Below, piece by piece: positions 27,921-37,874 of a stretch of DNA of 64,000 nt. Below the pieces are notes generated by a model. The model saw nothing but the letters and a program-made list of their open reading frames with translations, had not been told where the DNA came from and did no database searches. Every line of letters starts with the position of its first letter. The stretch's first letter is position 1. Origin of the DNA: Bdellovibrionales bacterium (GTDB taxonomy: Bacteria; Bdellovibrionota; Bdellovibrionia; Bdellovibrionales; UBA1609); NCBI GenBank assembly GCA_019695175.1, contig JAIBAM010000001.1:149689-213688 (forward strand), read 5' to 3'. The position numbers and the translations under genes are program-made.

Positions 27921-29498
27921 CTAATTTCCCAGTTCAAATCTAACGATCACTTTTTGTGCTTTTTTACAATCCTGCTGAGCACAAAAATCATGTTTGTTTT
28001 GATTGGCTAATCTTCTTAAACTCTTTACTTCTGACAAAAAGCTCCGCCCTGAAACCTTCACTAGAGGTAAAATTTCTTCTTGATACTTAAAAGTCATTTT
28101 ATTTTTATCAAATAAATATTGAAATATCGAACGTGCACGGTTGTAACTTAAATCTAAATTGAAATCGACAGCCTTACGTTCATCCTGATTTAAAAAATCA
28201 GGATCCACCAATTTACCCTTATATGTTGGTGATGCGTATCCAATAATTTCTATTGCACTTATTTTGACTTTTGCCTTTGGATTTTCATAAAGTGAAGTTG
28301 CATAAAGTGGAAACGCTTTTCTTAAAATTTGCACCATTCCATCTTTTAAGTTGGACTTTCCCGAATCAAAGTATTGATCTCCAAAATTAATAATCACATC
28401 GCCAGTTTCTGAGTTTACATCCGCTTTAACTCCAGCCTTGGCAAATGACTTTTTAATTTCAGCAGCGATATTTTTCCTCGCATTGGCTTCTTCCAAAGCT
28501 CGATTCAAATGATTTTGTGTTGTGGCCATTTTCTCTTTGAGTTGAACAATTTTTTCAGCCATGGCTTGGGCTTTGCTGTCTCCTTTAGCTTTTTGTTCTT
28601 CAAAATTTTTATTGAGTTCTGCCAATTGAGTCTCATATTGACCTTTGTTTGCCTCTAGTTTTTGTACCAAATCTTGTTTTTGTGTTTCGACTTTTGTCAA
28701 TGCACCTTTAGCAGACTCTAACTCACTACTTAAACCCGAAAGTTCTTCTGTGGTTTTTCGCAATTGGGCTTTGTAACCCTCATTTTTCTCTTCCAGTTCT
28801 TTAAGTTCATTGTTTTTAGCTTCTTTAATTTCATTCATTTTATTTTCATAGGCTTTTTTAGTCATATGCTGAGCCTGATAAGCAGCCTTTAACTCTTGAG
28901 TTTTATGAACAAATTGACTTTTCACCTGAGCAATCATTTTCTCATTCTCAGTCAATTCATTTTGCTGAGCACTGACTTGATCTTCCAGTTGCTCAATTGT
29001 TTGTTTTGAATCTTTCAACTCTTGGTTTTTTTGTCCAATAACCAAATCCTTCCGCTTAATTTTAGCGGCTGCAAGTACGTTGGAGTTGATCATATTTCTA
29101 ACTAGTTTTTGGTATTGGTTCAGTGCATTTTCTTTATTTTCATTCTCTAGGGCCGCCTGCTTTAGCCTCTCCTTCTCAGTCTTTGCGTCTTCTTTAAGAA
29201 GAGACAGCTTATCTAATAGACCCTGGTACATTTTATTTTCTTCCACTGAAGAATCGTCTAAATAATCCTGCCGAATGGTGTTATAGGCCTTCAATTGATT
29301 TTTCAAATCTTGAACTTGTTGAACAAGTTTTTCTCTTTCGACTTGTTGTTGTAATCCTGTCGTCCCAGAGCGTAAACTTGCCGTTACATACAACAAAAGG
29401 AATACCACAGAGAGCCCCAAGAATAAGTCTGAGTAAGAAGTCCACTGACTTCCACCCTCTTCAGTTTGTTTTTTTGCACGCGAATATTGAAAACTCAA
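27921..29498 (-). CDS. MotB/OmpA-family protein with ~290-aa coiled-coil insertion between the TM helix and the peptidoglycan-binding domain
   Basis: The N-terminus WTSYSDLFLGLSVVFLLLYV matches the MotB TM helix including the conserved Asp (E. coli WKIAYADFMTAMMAFFLV). Residues ~50-345 are continuous heptad-like K/E/Q-rich sequence. The C-terminal OmpA-like domain reads IIGYASPTY...NLDLSYNRARSIFQYL...VSGRSF. The start is TTG, preceded by AGGAGG at a 7-nt spacing. Confidence 0.8.
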   Translation of the reverse strand: MSFQYSRAKKQTEEGGSQWTSYSDLFLGLSVVFLLLYVTASLRSGTTGLQQQVEREKLVQQVQDLKNQLKAYNTIRQDYLDDSSVEENKMYQGLLDKLSLLKEDAKTEKERLKQAALENENKENALNQYQKLVRNMINSNVLAAAKIKRKDLVIGQKNQELKDSKQTIEQLEDQVSAQQNELTENEKMIAQVKSQFVHKTQELKAAYQAQHMTKKAYENKMNEIKEAKNNELKELEEKNEGYKAQLRKTTEELSGLSSELESAKGALTKVETQKQDLVQKLEANKGQYETQLAELNKNFEEQKAKGDSKAQAMAEKIVQLKEKMATTQNHLNRALEEANARKNIAAEIKKSFAKAGVKADVNSETGDVIINFGDQYFDSGKSNLKDGMVQILRKAFPLYATSLYENPKAKVKISAIEIIGYASPTYKGKLVDPDFLNQDERKAVDFNLDLSYNRARSIFQYLFDKNKMTFKYQEEILPLVKVSGRSFLSEVKSLRRLANQNKHDFCAQQDCKKAQKVIVRFELGN

Positions 29499-29543
29499 AA
29501 TGCAGCCTCCTAGCTAAACTGCTATCGGAGTTTTCTTGGAAAA

Positions 29544-29585
29544 TTTTAAGCGTCGGGTTTTAAGTGTCAGATTTTAAGTTCCAGG
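29544..29585. repeat. three tandem 14-bp units each starting TTTTAAG, upstream of the MotB-like gene
   Basis: The units are TTTTAAGCGTCGGG (29544-29557), TTTTAAGTGTCAGA (29558-29571) and TTTTAAGTTCCAGG (29572-29585), at an exact 14-bp period. An inverted copy, CTTAAAA, lies at 29623-29629. The array is 46-87 nt upstream of the TTG start at 29498. Confidence 0.85.
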
Positions 29586-29895
29586 CTCAGAACGGCGCGT
29601 CCAGACCTCTTAACAGGACCGACTTAAAACTTGTCTAAAGATGCTATGAGTTAAAACTCCACAACGCATACTACAACTGTGGCAAAAAAGTTTTCAGTTT
29701 GCTCATCCATTGAATTTCATAATTAGATGGCTCTCGTTTTTTGAAATTCACTGTCTCCCGTTTTTGAGCACGGGTGGCGCCCAGTTATGAAATTTTGCAA
29801 TTTAATACAGTAGTGTCTTCAAACAGACTCTAAGCTCTTTTAATCTCGTCTTCTCGACTTTAGACCAATTATTCTCAATTAGAGTTATTTTGTTC

Positions 29896-29926
29896 AAAAA
29901 AAAAGGGAGACACTTCCATGTCTCCC
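29896..29926 (-). terminator. rho-independent terminator of groEL
   Basis: On the minus strand it reads GGGAGACA-TGGAAG-TGTCTCCC followed by TTTTTTTTT. The stems are at 29905-29912 and 29919-29926, and the A9 run on the plus strand is at 29896-29904. It lies about 75 nt after the groEL stop. Confidence 0.85.
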
Positions 29927-29999
29927 TAATATCTGAGCTACAGTTTTTTTTCTTTTTAATGAGAACTGTTCAGCACACGATAGATGTAAGTGGATTTAC

Positions 30000-31661
<1,662 letters not shown>

Positions 31662-31673
31662 TTAATCATTAAT

Positions 31674-31976
31674 TTAGTTAATTATTCCCAATACGTCTTC
31701 TTCACGCATCATCAGATATTCTTTCCCATCCAATTTGAGCTCAGTACCGGAATACTTACCAAATAGGACTTTATCTCCAATTTTAACTTCCAAGGGCATG
31801 GTTTTTCCATCCTCAGAAACTCTACCTTTTCCAGTGGCGATAATTTCTCCACGTTGTGGTTTTTCCTTTGCTGTATCAGGGATGATGATCCCTCCAGCTG
31901 TTTTCTCTTCTTCTGGTGTGCGACGGACCAATATCCTATCGTGCAAAGGACGTACTTTGACTTCTGTTGCAGGCAT
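31674..31976 (-). CDS. groS: co-chaperonin GroES (Cpn10)
   Basis: 100 aa. [39 protein letters not shown] is the canonical mobile-loop region. It lies 24 nt upstream of groEL. Confidence 0.97.
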   Translation of the reverse strand: MPATEVKVRPLHDRILVRRTPEEEKTAGGIIIPDTAKEKPQRGEIIATGKGRVSEDGKTMPLEVKIGDKVLFGKYSGTELKLDGKEYLMMREEDVLGIIN

Positions 31977-32037
31977 ACTAAACCTCCTAAATGTTTAGAA
32001 ATATAAACCCAAACTCGGGATTTAAAGATCGCTACCA

Positions 32038-32068
32038 AGTATGGAGCGCATCGATTCGATGTCAAGAT
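32038..32068 (-). promoter_or_regulatory. candidate heat-shock (sigma-32-type) promoter of groES-groEL
   Basis: The minus strand reads CTTGAC-ATCGAATCGATGCG-CTCCATACT. The -35-like element CTTGAC is the reverse complement of 32061-32066. The -10-like element CTCCAT is the reverse complement of 32041-32046, with a 14-nt spacer. The E. coli sigma-32 consensus is CTTGAAA-N13-17-CCCCATNT. The site is about 60 nt upstream of the groES ATG. I found no CIRCE inverted repeat. Confidence 0.4.
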
Positions 32069-32474
32069 ATCCAATAAAAAACTTTTAGCTGATATAAGAA
32101 ACTCTTCACAAGACTTTTTTTAACGGTTGGGGAAAAAAACTAAAATTCTATTCGGAGGGGTTCTGAAAGCTTGTTCAGTTTTTTATTTTACCGGTATGAA
32201 TTGCCTCTTTTTCTAAAAAAAGCATCCCATGTATTTATTATGTGTCTATAAAGTAAGCAGTGGCTCCGCAAAAATGTCTCTTTGTGTCACAGAGCTTTCT
32301 AAACCAAGCCAGAACAAATCCATAGGGATTTAAATGGGGTTTGGGGGAGAAAATTGGGCATTAATCTTGAAACAGTTTTGAATAGGTTAGAAAAGAAATA
32401 TGAAAATTTTTCAAAATGTTTCATGGGATGACTGTGAAATGGGTTTTTTTCATCAAAACTTAGGGAACGCTTTT

Positions 32475-33431
32475 ATGACAAAAATTAAATCTCTGCTTCT
32501 TCCAATCACAGTTATCGTCGGTATCACTATATTCTCAGGATGCGGCAAAGATAATGAGACAAAAAAATACTCTGTAAGAAGAGCTACGAATAAGCCCCGT
32601 CAGGTCTCACTCATTGCTGATCCAAGAGGCGGCAAAGTAGGGAGTGAGGCAGGAGTGGGAGCTCCCGATCGCTTGGCTACTGGGGGGAACGGACAAAGGG
32701 AAAGCTCTGATCTAGCAACCACAGCAACCACAGCGAACACAGGAGGATCGAACCTTAAGATTCTAAATGGAACTGAAATTACTAAAGAAGCAATTCAAGA
32801 TAAATTGAACCAGATCAATAACCAGATCAATCCAGATACTCAGGCAATTCCTTTAAATGATATTGCCCAAGGGAGATATCAGCTAATCGAGCTTATCATT
32901 AGGCAAGAATTTGCAAACGATGGCGATTACAAAAACTCAACTGCTTTATTCACTATTGACAACACTGGAAAAGCTGAGGCTTTTAATACTCAAAGTATCT
33001 TAAATACTTTGCAATCGAATACGAACTCGCCGTCACCTCAATTTAGCCTTTCTTATCCACAATATTTTGCCATAACTAAAAAAAACGGATTAGCTCAGCT
33101 TCAAGACACAACTTCACAGTCCATTTTGCTTACCCTTACAGCATCCAATACTAATAATATTTTATTTAATTATCTAATAAATAATGATTCAAAAAACTTA
33201 CTCAGTAGCCTTGTCCGGCTTTTGGGGACTAGTCCTTCCCTATTTAAGGCTGACAGAAACCAGTATGAAGTCAGCGATATTCCTAGTGAGGAGCTTCTCA
33301 ACAACAGGAAAATTGCTTTTTATCAAGTGGCGGACTCCAAACGGCTGATCCTTACTGATTTTCCCACTGAGGATTCCACAGAAAATGTTGTTCAAAATTA
33401 TGTTTACCTCATTTTTAATAAAGAAAACTAA
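32475..33431 (+). CDS. hypothetical lipoprotein
   Basis: MTKIKSLLLPITVIVGITIFSGCGKD is a signal peptide with lipobox FSG-C. A Gly/Ala/Thr-rich linker is followed by an N/Q/S/T-rich domain. The track ORF starts at 32400. ATG 32475 gives the canonical lipoprotein N-terminus. Confidence 0.7.
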   Translation: MTKIKSLLLPITVIVGITIFSGCGKDNETKKYSVRRATNKPRQVSLIADPRGGKVGSEAGVGAPDRLATGGNGQRESSDLATTATTANTGGSNLKILNGTEITKEAIQDKLNQINNQINPDTQAIPLNDIAQGRYQLIELIIRQEFANDGDYKNSTALFTIDNTGKAEAFNTQSILNTLQSNTNSPSPQFSLSYPQYFAITKKNGLAQLQDTTSQSILLTLTASNTNNILFNYLINNDSKNLLSSLVRLLGTSPSLFKADRNQYEVSDIPSEELLNNRKIAFYQVADSKRLILTDFPTEDSTENVVQNYVYLIFNKEN

Positions 33432-33844
33432 ACAATGCCCCACACTTTTAAACATGCTGCAAGTTCCTAGAGTTTCTTGGGAAACACTGCTTTAACTACC
33501 TTTTAACCCTTGCAAATCTTTTTAAGAGCTAAAAAAAATCGAAAGAAAGATGGAAAAATAGCCAATTTTTGTCACTCCCTTGAAAAGATTCCCCTCTAAC
33601 CAACCTTTACTGATGATAATGATCCTTTCAAATAATATTCTAAGTGTTTAATATAACTTAAATATCTTCCTTCATAAGTCCAAATATTTCGTGGGCTTTC
33701 ACTTTGCTAATTAATCTTTTGCTGAGAAAAAAGTGAAGGCCAACCTTCATATACATATATAAGTGGATCATTTTGCAACTACTAGCGCCGGGTTTCTGAA
33801 CATGCTCCACTGGGGTTGAATTAGAAAACATAAGGAAAACGTAA

Positions 33845-35746
33845 TTGTTAAAACTGAAAGCACTTCTTAATAAAAAATCAAAAAATTGGATCCACTGGGT
33901 CGTAGGCATTCTCTTTGCTTTTATACTCAATTCTATTCTTCTCAATCTTCCCTTAGATTATTTTGAGTCTTTAACTTATGACTGGCGAGTCAGCCTACGA
34001 CCGACCCCCACTCTTTCTGGAAAAATTCAGACTGTTGCAATTGATAATAGAACCTTAAAGGAATTCGGAAATGAACCCAATATCAAAGATCATCTAGAGT
34101 TTTTAGAGCAACTGTTAAAAGCACAACCTTCTTATATAGTTTATCTAATAGATCCGTCCTCCCTTCTAGGTTCAAAAGAAGAAAAACAAAAATTAGCTGA
34201 CAAATTAAATTCAGCTCAAATTCTTATAAGCCAAGACAATTTACCTGGAGCTGAACAAACAGAACTTCCGCCTCTGCCAATTCCTTTTCAAAATTTAAAG
34301 ACTCTACCGGGGCCCACCACTCGAGATAAAATTATTTACGCTAGGGATGGGGTGACTCGAAGATTCATCATTTCAAGTAACGGTGCTCCTACTTATCAGG
34401 TGATCCTGGCAGAGAAAATGCTTTCTGAAAAATTAACCGAAATCCCTGGCGAATTCGAATTCTTAGATTCAAAACAAGCCTACATTGACTTTCATAAACC
34501 TGGAACTTATCTACCTTTGAGCTTTAGCGATCTTAAGTCTGGTCTGTTTAACGCTGAAAACATAAAAGGGAAAGTGATCCTTCTTGGCAGGGAAACCAAG
34601 GAAAAATCATTGGATTATGTTTCCACTCCCTTTTCCAAAGATGTCATCTCCATGAGCGTTCTCGAGCTCAATGCTAATATTTTAGATACTCTTTTACAAA
34701 AGCGCTCCCCACAAAAAGTAGCTCCAGCATTCAACTGGGTTGTAACTTTTATTATTTTACTGACCACCATCTATGTTGTTTTAAAAATTAGTCCTCTCAT
34801 AGGACTGATTGTACTCACCCTACTGGCAACAGTATATATAGGCATTTCATTCTCTGTGTTTGCTTTCTTTAATTATTGGATCGCTATGGCCCCTACTTTG
34901 TTAGGCTTGTTTATCTCTTATTATTTTTTCATCCCCTACCGTTTGGTTCTAGAAAATCGTCGGAGCTGGGAATATCTCCAGAAAAATAAACTGTTGGTTC
35001 AAGTTGAAGAACTGAAAAGCAACTTTCTTCGCATGATGTCCCATGACCTAAAGACTCCATTAGCTCGAATTCAAGGAATGGCTCATCTCATTATCTCTGA
35101 CCACAATCCTTTGAGTGAAAAACAAAAGACAGCTGTGGAAAATATATATTCTTCGAGTGAAGAATTGACACAGTTTGTAGGTTCTATTTTAAATCTGAGT
35201 CGAATTGAAAGCAAAGAAGTTAAACTGCAGCTAAAAAGCAGGGATATTAATTTGGTTTTAAAAGAAGTTATACAAAAATGTGAGGACTTATCACGAAAAA
35301 ATAGATTAGAAATTCGAACAGAATTAGAACCTCTTTTTAGTTTCAAAATAGATGAAAACCTGTTGCGCCAGGTTTTCACAAATCTTTTAGAAAACGCTAT
35401 TAAATATAGCCCTGTGGAAGGAAAAATTCTTGTCACATCTGAGGAGAGCAATGGGAACGTTATCATCCAAATTTCTGATCAGGGAATGGGTATTCCAGAA
35501 CCTGATCTTCCTTTTATTTTTGACCGCTTCTATCGTAGCAAAAACGCACTTCAATCTGAAGTTTCTGGATCCGGTCTTGGACTCTATTTGAGTAAATATT
35601 TTGTTGAACTCCATCATGGCCACATTGAAGTGGAAAGTTTTGTGGGAAAGGGTTCCACCTTTTCAGTCGTCCTACCCATGATTAATAAGAATTATTTAGA
35701 AAAAGGAAAAACTTCAGCAGCTAGAGAGGATTCACCTTATGTATAA
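33845..35746 (+). CDS. sensor histidine kinase with CHASE2-like extracytoplasmic domain
   Basis: N-terminal TM (WVVGILFAFILNSILL), an external region of about 270 aa, then three clustered TMs (the CHASE2 layout). H-box MMSHDLKTPLARIQG, N-box LLENAIKYSP, G-boxes DQGMGIP and GSGLGLYLS. TTG start. The stop overlaps the regulator's ATG (ATGTATAA). Confidence 0.88.
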   Translation: MLKLKALLNKKSKNWIHWVVGILFAFILNSILLNLPLDYFESLTYDWRVSLRPTPTLSGKIQTVAIDNRTLKEFGNEPNIKDHLEFLEQLLKAQPSYIVYLIDPSSLLGSKEEKQKLADKLNSAQILISQDNLPGAEQTELPPLPIPFQNLKTLPGPTTRDKIIYARDGVTRRFIISSNGAPTYQVILAEKMLSEKLTEIPGEFEFLDSKQAYIDFHKPGTYLPLSFSDLKSGLFNAENIKGKVILLGRETKEKSLDYVSTPFSKDVISMSVLELNANILDTLLQKRSPQKVAPAFNWVVTFIILLTTIYVVLKISPLIGLIVLTLLATVYIGISFSVFAFFNYWIAMAPTLLGLFISYYFFIPYRLVLENRRSWEYLQKNKLLVQVEELKSNFLRMMSHDLKTPLARIQGMAHLIISDHNPLSEKQKTAVENIYSSSEELTQFVGSILNLSRIESKEVKLQLKSRDINLVLKEVIQKCEDLSRKNRLEIRTELEPLFSFKIDENLLRQVFTNLLENAIKYSPVEGKILVTSEESNGNVIIQISDQGMGIPEPDLPFIFDRFYRSKNALQSEVSGSGLGLYLSKYFVELHHGHIEVESFVGKGSTFSVVLPMINKNYLEKGKTSAAREDSPYV

Positions 35747-37247
35747 AATATTAATTGTTGATGATGACCCTGGATTAAGGCTTTCTGTTCGAACCACTTT
35801 GTCCGCCCACCCTTCTCGTTTTTCAATCGAGGAGGCCATGGACGGTCTCGATGCCATGGAAAAAATTAAAAATTCCGGCGGATTCCGGTTGGTTATTTTA
35901 GACGTGGATATGCCACGCCTCTCAGGACTTGAGACCCTTCGATTGATTAAGGAGTATGATCCCTCGATTATTGTTGTGATCATGACAGCCTACGCTAATA
36001 TTGACGACGCGGTTCGTTCCGTTAAAGAGGGTGCTTTCGATTATTTAGCTAAACCCGTTAGGGCTGATGATTTATTCACCCTAGTGGATAAAGCCCTTAC
36101 TGCTTATAGTTTGATATCTGATGTGGCCGGATCAGCCCCGGTTTTAATGGACGCAGGTCGTGAAATTATCGGCAATACAGTTCAAATGAGAAAAGTTTTT
36201 AATATTATTTTACGCCTTTCTAAAGTGGACACTCCAGTTCTTATTAGAGGGGCTTCAGGAACAGGAAAAGAACTGGTGGCTCGGGCCATTCATGCCAATT
36301 CCTCACGAAAAGACGGCCGTTTTGTAGCCATAAATTGTTCCGCAATCCCTGAAAATTTATTCGAAAGTGAGCTTTTTGGTCATGAAAAGGGGGCTTTTAC
36401 TGGAGCGGATCAAAGAAAAATTGGAAAATTTCAATTTGCAGAAAATGGAACCCTCTTCTTAGACGAGTTGGGAGACCTTCCCGTCATGATGCAAGTAAAA
36501 CTATTACGAGTTTTACAAGAAAAATGTTTTACTCCCGTTGGAGCGAATCGAGAAATTGACAGCCACGTTCGAATCATTGGTGCCACCAACCGTAATTTAG
36601 AAGAAATGATAAAAATGGCAACATTCCGGGAAGACCTCTATTATCGCCTTAATGTTATGCCAATTTTTTTACCTTCACTCAAAGACCGCAAAGAGGACTT
36701 AACCCATCTTGTCACTCGTTTTGTAAAAAAGTTTAATCAATCCCATAATAAAAAAATTATCGGTGTTGCTCCAGAAGCACTAGCCCTTATAAAAAAATAT
36801 GATTGGCCAGGAAATATTAGAGAACTTGAAAATGTAATCGAGCATGCTTTCATCTTGGAAGAGTCCAATCAATTGACACTGCAGTCTCTTCCAGAAAATT
36901 TTTTAAGAGAGTTGGGCGTCGATATCTCATCGGATATGGATACAGTGAAAAGCACCACAAGCAGTATTAATGCATTAGATCAACCCCTGTATGTAGGGGA
37001 TGATAAAATCGATGAAGACGATCTGCTTGAATCTGATTTTGAAGACACAACAAATCCATTAAAAACAGGGGATGACTCTCTCGATTTTAATAAGCAAAAA
37101 GAACTTTTTGAAAAAGATTTTATTATAAAGGCCCTTAAGACTTTCAAAGGAAGGATTAATCAAACCGCATTACATGCAAATATTCCTAAAAAAACTCTCT
37201 TAAGAAAAATTGAAAAATATGGCCTTAATGCTAAAGACTACGCTTAG
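35739..37247 (+). CDS. sigma-54-dependent response regulator (NtrC family)
   Basis: Receiver domain (ILIVDDDPG...LVILDVDMPRLSG...MTAY...KP). AAA+ core with GASGTGKE, GHEKGAFTGA and FLDELGDL. An acidic linker. C-terminal Fis-type HTH RINQTALHANIPKKTLLRKIEKYG. Confidence 0.93.
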   Translation: MYKILIVDDDPGLRLSVRTTLSAHPSRFSIEEAMDGLDAMEKIKNSGGFRLVILDVDMPRLSGLETLRLIKEYDPSIIVVIMTAYANIDDAVRSVKEGAFDYLAKPVRADDLFTLVDKALTAYSLISDVAGSAPVLMDAGREIIGNTVQMRKVFNIILRLSKVDTPVLIRGASGTGKELVARAIHANSSRKDGRFVAINCSAIPENLFESELFGHEKGAFTGADQRKIGKFQFAENGTLFLDELGDLPVMMQVKLLRVLQEKCFTPVGANREIDSHVRIIGATNRNLEEMIKMATFREDLYYRLNVMPIFLPSLKDRKEDLTHLVTRFVKKFNQSHNKKIIGVAPEALALIKKYDWPGNIRELENVIEHAFILEESNQLTLQSLPENFLRELGVDISSDMDTVKSTTSSINALDQPLYVGDDKIDEDDLLESDFEDTTNPLKTGDDSLDFNKQKELFEKDFIIKALKTFKGRINQTALHANIPKKTLLRKIEKYGLNAKDYA

Positions 37248-37349
37248 AATTTTTTATGCACGAACCCATTTTTTGTAAGACTCCCAGTGGCAAAAATTTT
37301 TTATAAAAATTATTGCCCCCATTTCTAACCATGAGTACCCTATCTTCCC

Positions 37350-37868
37350 ATGGCTATTTCAGGAATTGTACCCCCACAAGCATACACTCGAGAAACTCTA
37401 GTGGAAGCATTCGAATGGTTGAAAGACCAGCCGGCTTCTATTCAAGAAAAAGCAACTCATGCTGAAGCATTAGTTGGACTTTATCTCACTGCAAAAAGAC
37501 GTAATTACTCCCAAGATCAAGCTAAAACACAACAAAGGAGCGTAGAGACATTTAATAATGATTTAAGAAAAATCGCCCAGAATATTGAGGCCAGCCAGGC
37601 ACTTACCAACGAAGAACCAAGCCCTGTTATTTCACTAAGACCTTCCCATTCAGTCCCCGTTAAAAACAACAAAAATACGATTGCGGAAAAAGGGAAAAAT
37701 GAAATTCAACTTCCTCTTTACGAAGGAATTGTTCATGAATTGGATGAAAAAAGTCAAAAATACATTCGTGATATCCAACAACGCATGAATCTAGAAACTG
37801 AAATTGATGCCTTAAGAGCACTGGTTGCAATTGGATATGAAAAACTTAACGGAATTCTTCCCTCATAA
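37350..37868 (+). CDS. hypothetical protein
   Basis: 172-aa ORF downstream of the HK/NtrC pair. Hydrophilic, with no signal peptide and no recognised motif. Confidence 0.5.
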   Translation: MAISGIVPPQAYTRETLVEAFEWLKDQPASIQEKATHAEALVGLYLTAKRRNYSQDQAKTQQRSVETFNNDLRKIAQNIEASQALTNEEPSPVISLRPSHSVPVKNNKNTIAEKGKNEIQLPLYEGIVHELDEKSQKYIRDIQQRMNLETEIDALRALVAIGYEKLNGILPS

Positions 37869-37874
37869 ACTGTC

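Noticed and set aside
24259-29498. Zorya anti-phage system (ZorA/ZorB-like MotAB pair with a long coiled coil)
   Set aside because: In Zorya the long coiled-coil tail belongs to the MotA-like ZorA, and the operon carries ZorC/ZorD or ZorE effector genes. Here the coil is on the MotB-like subunit, the MotA-like protein is short (314 aa), and no nuclease or helicase gene is adjacent. I therefore report it as a distinct stator-like module rather than Zorya.
31712-32074. 120-aa minus-strand ORF and 87-aa plus-strand ORF overlapping groES
   Set aside because: Both lie inside or against the strongly supported groES frame and its promoter region. They have no independent motif or ribosome-binding site.
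33658-33945. 95-aa minus-strand ORF in the spacer before the CHASE2 kinase
   Set aside because: It overlaps the kinase start codon region on the opposite strand. It has no ribosome-binding site or motif and is probably non-coding.
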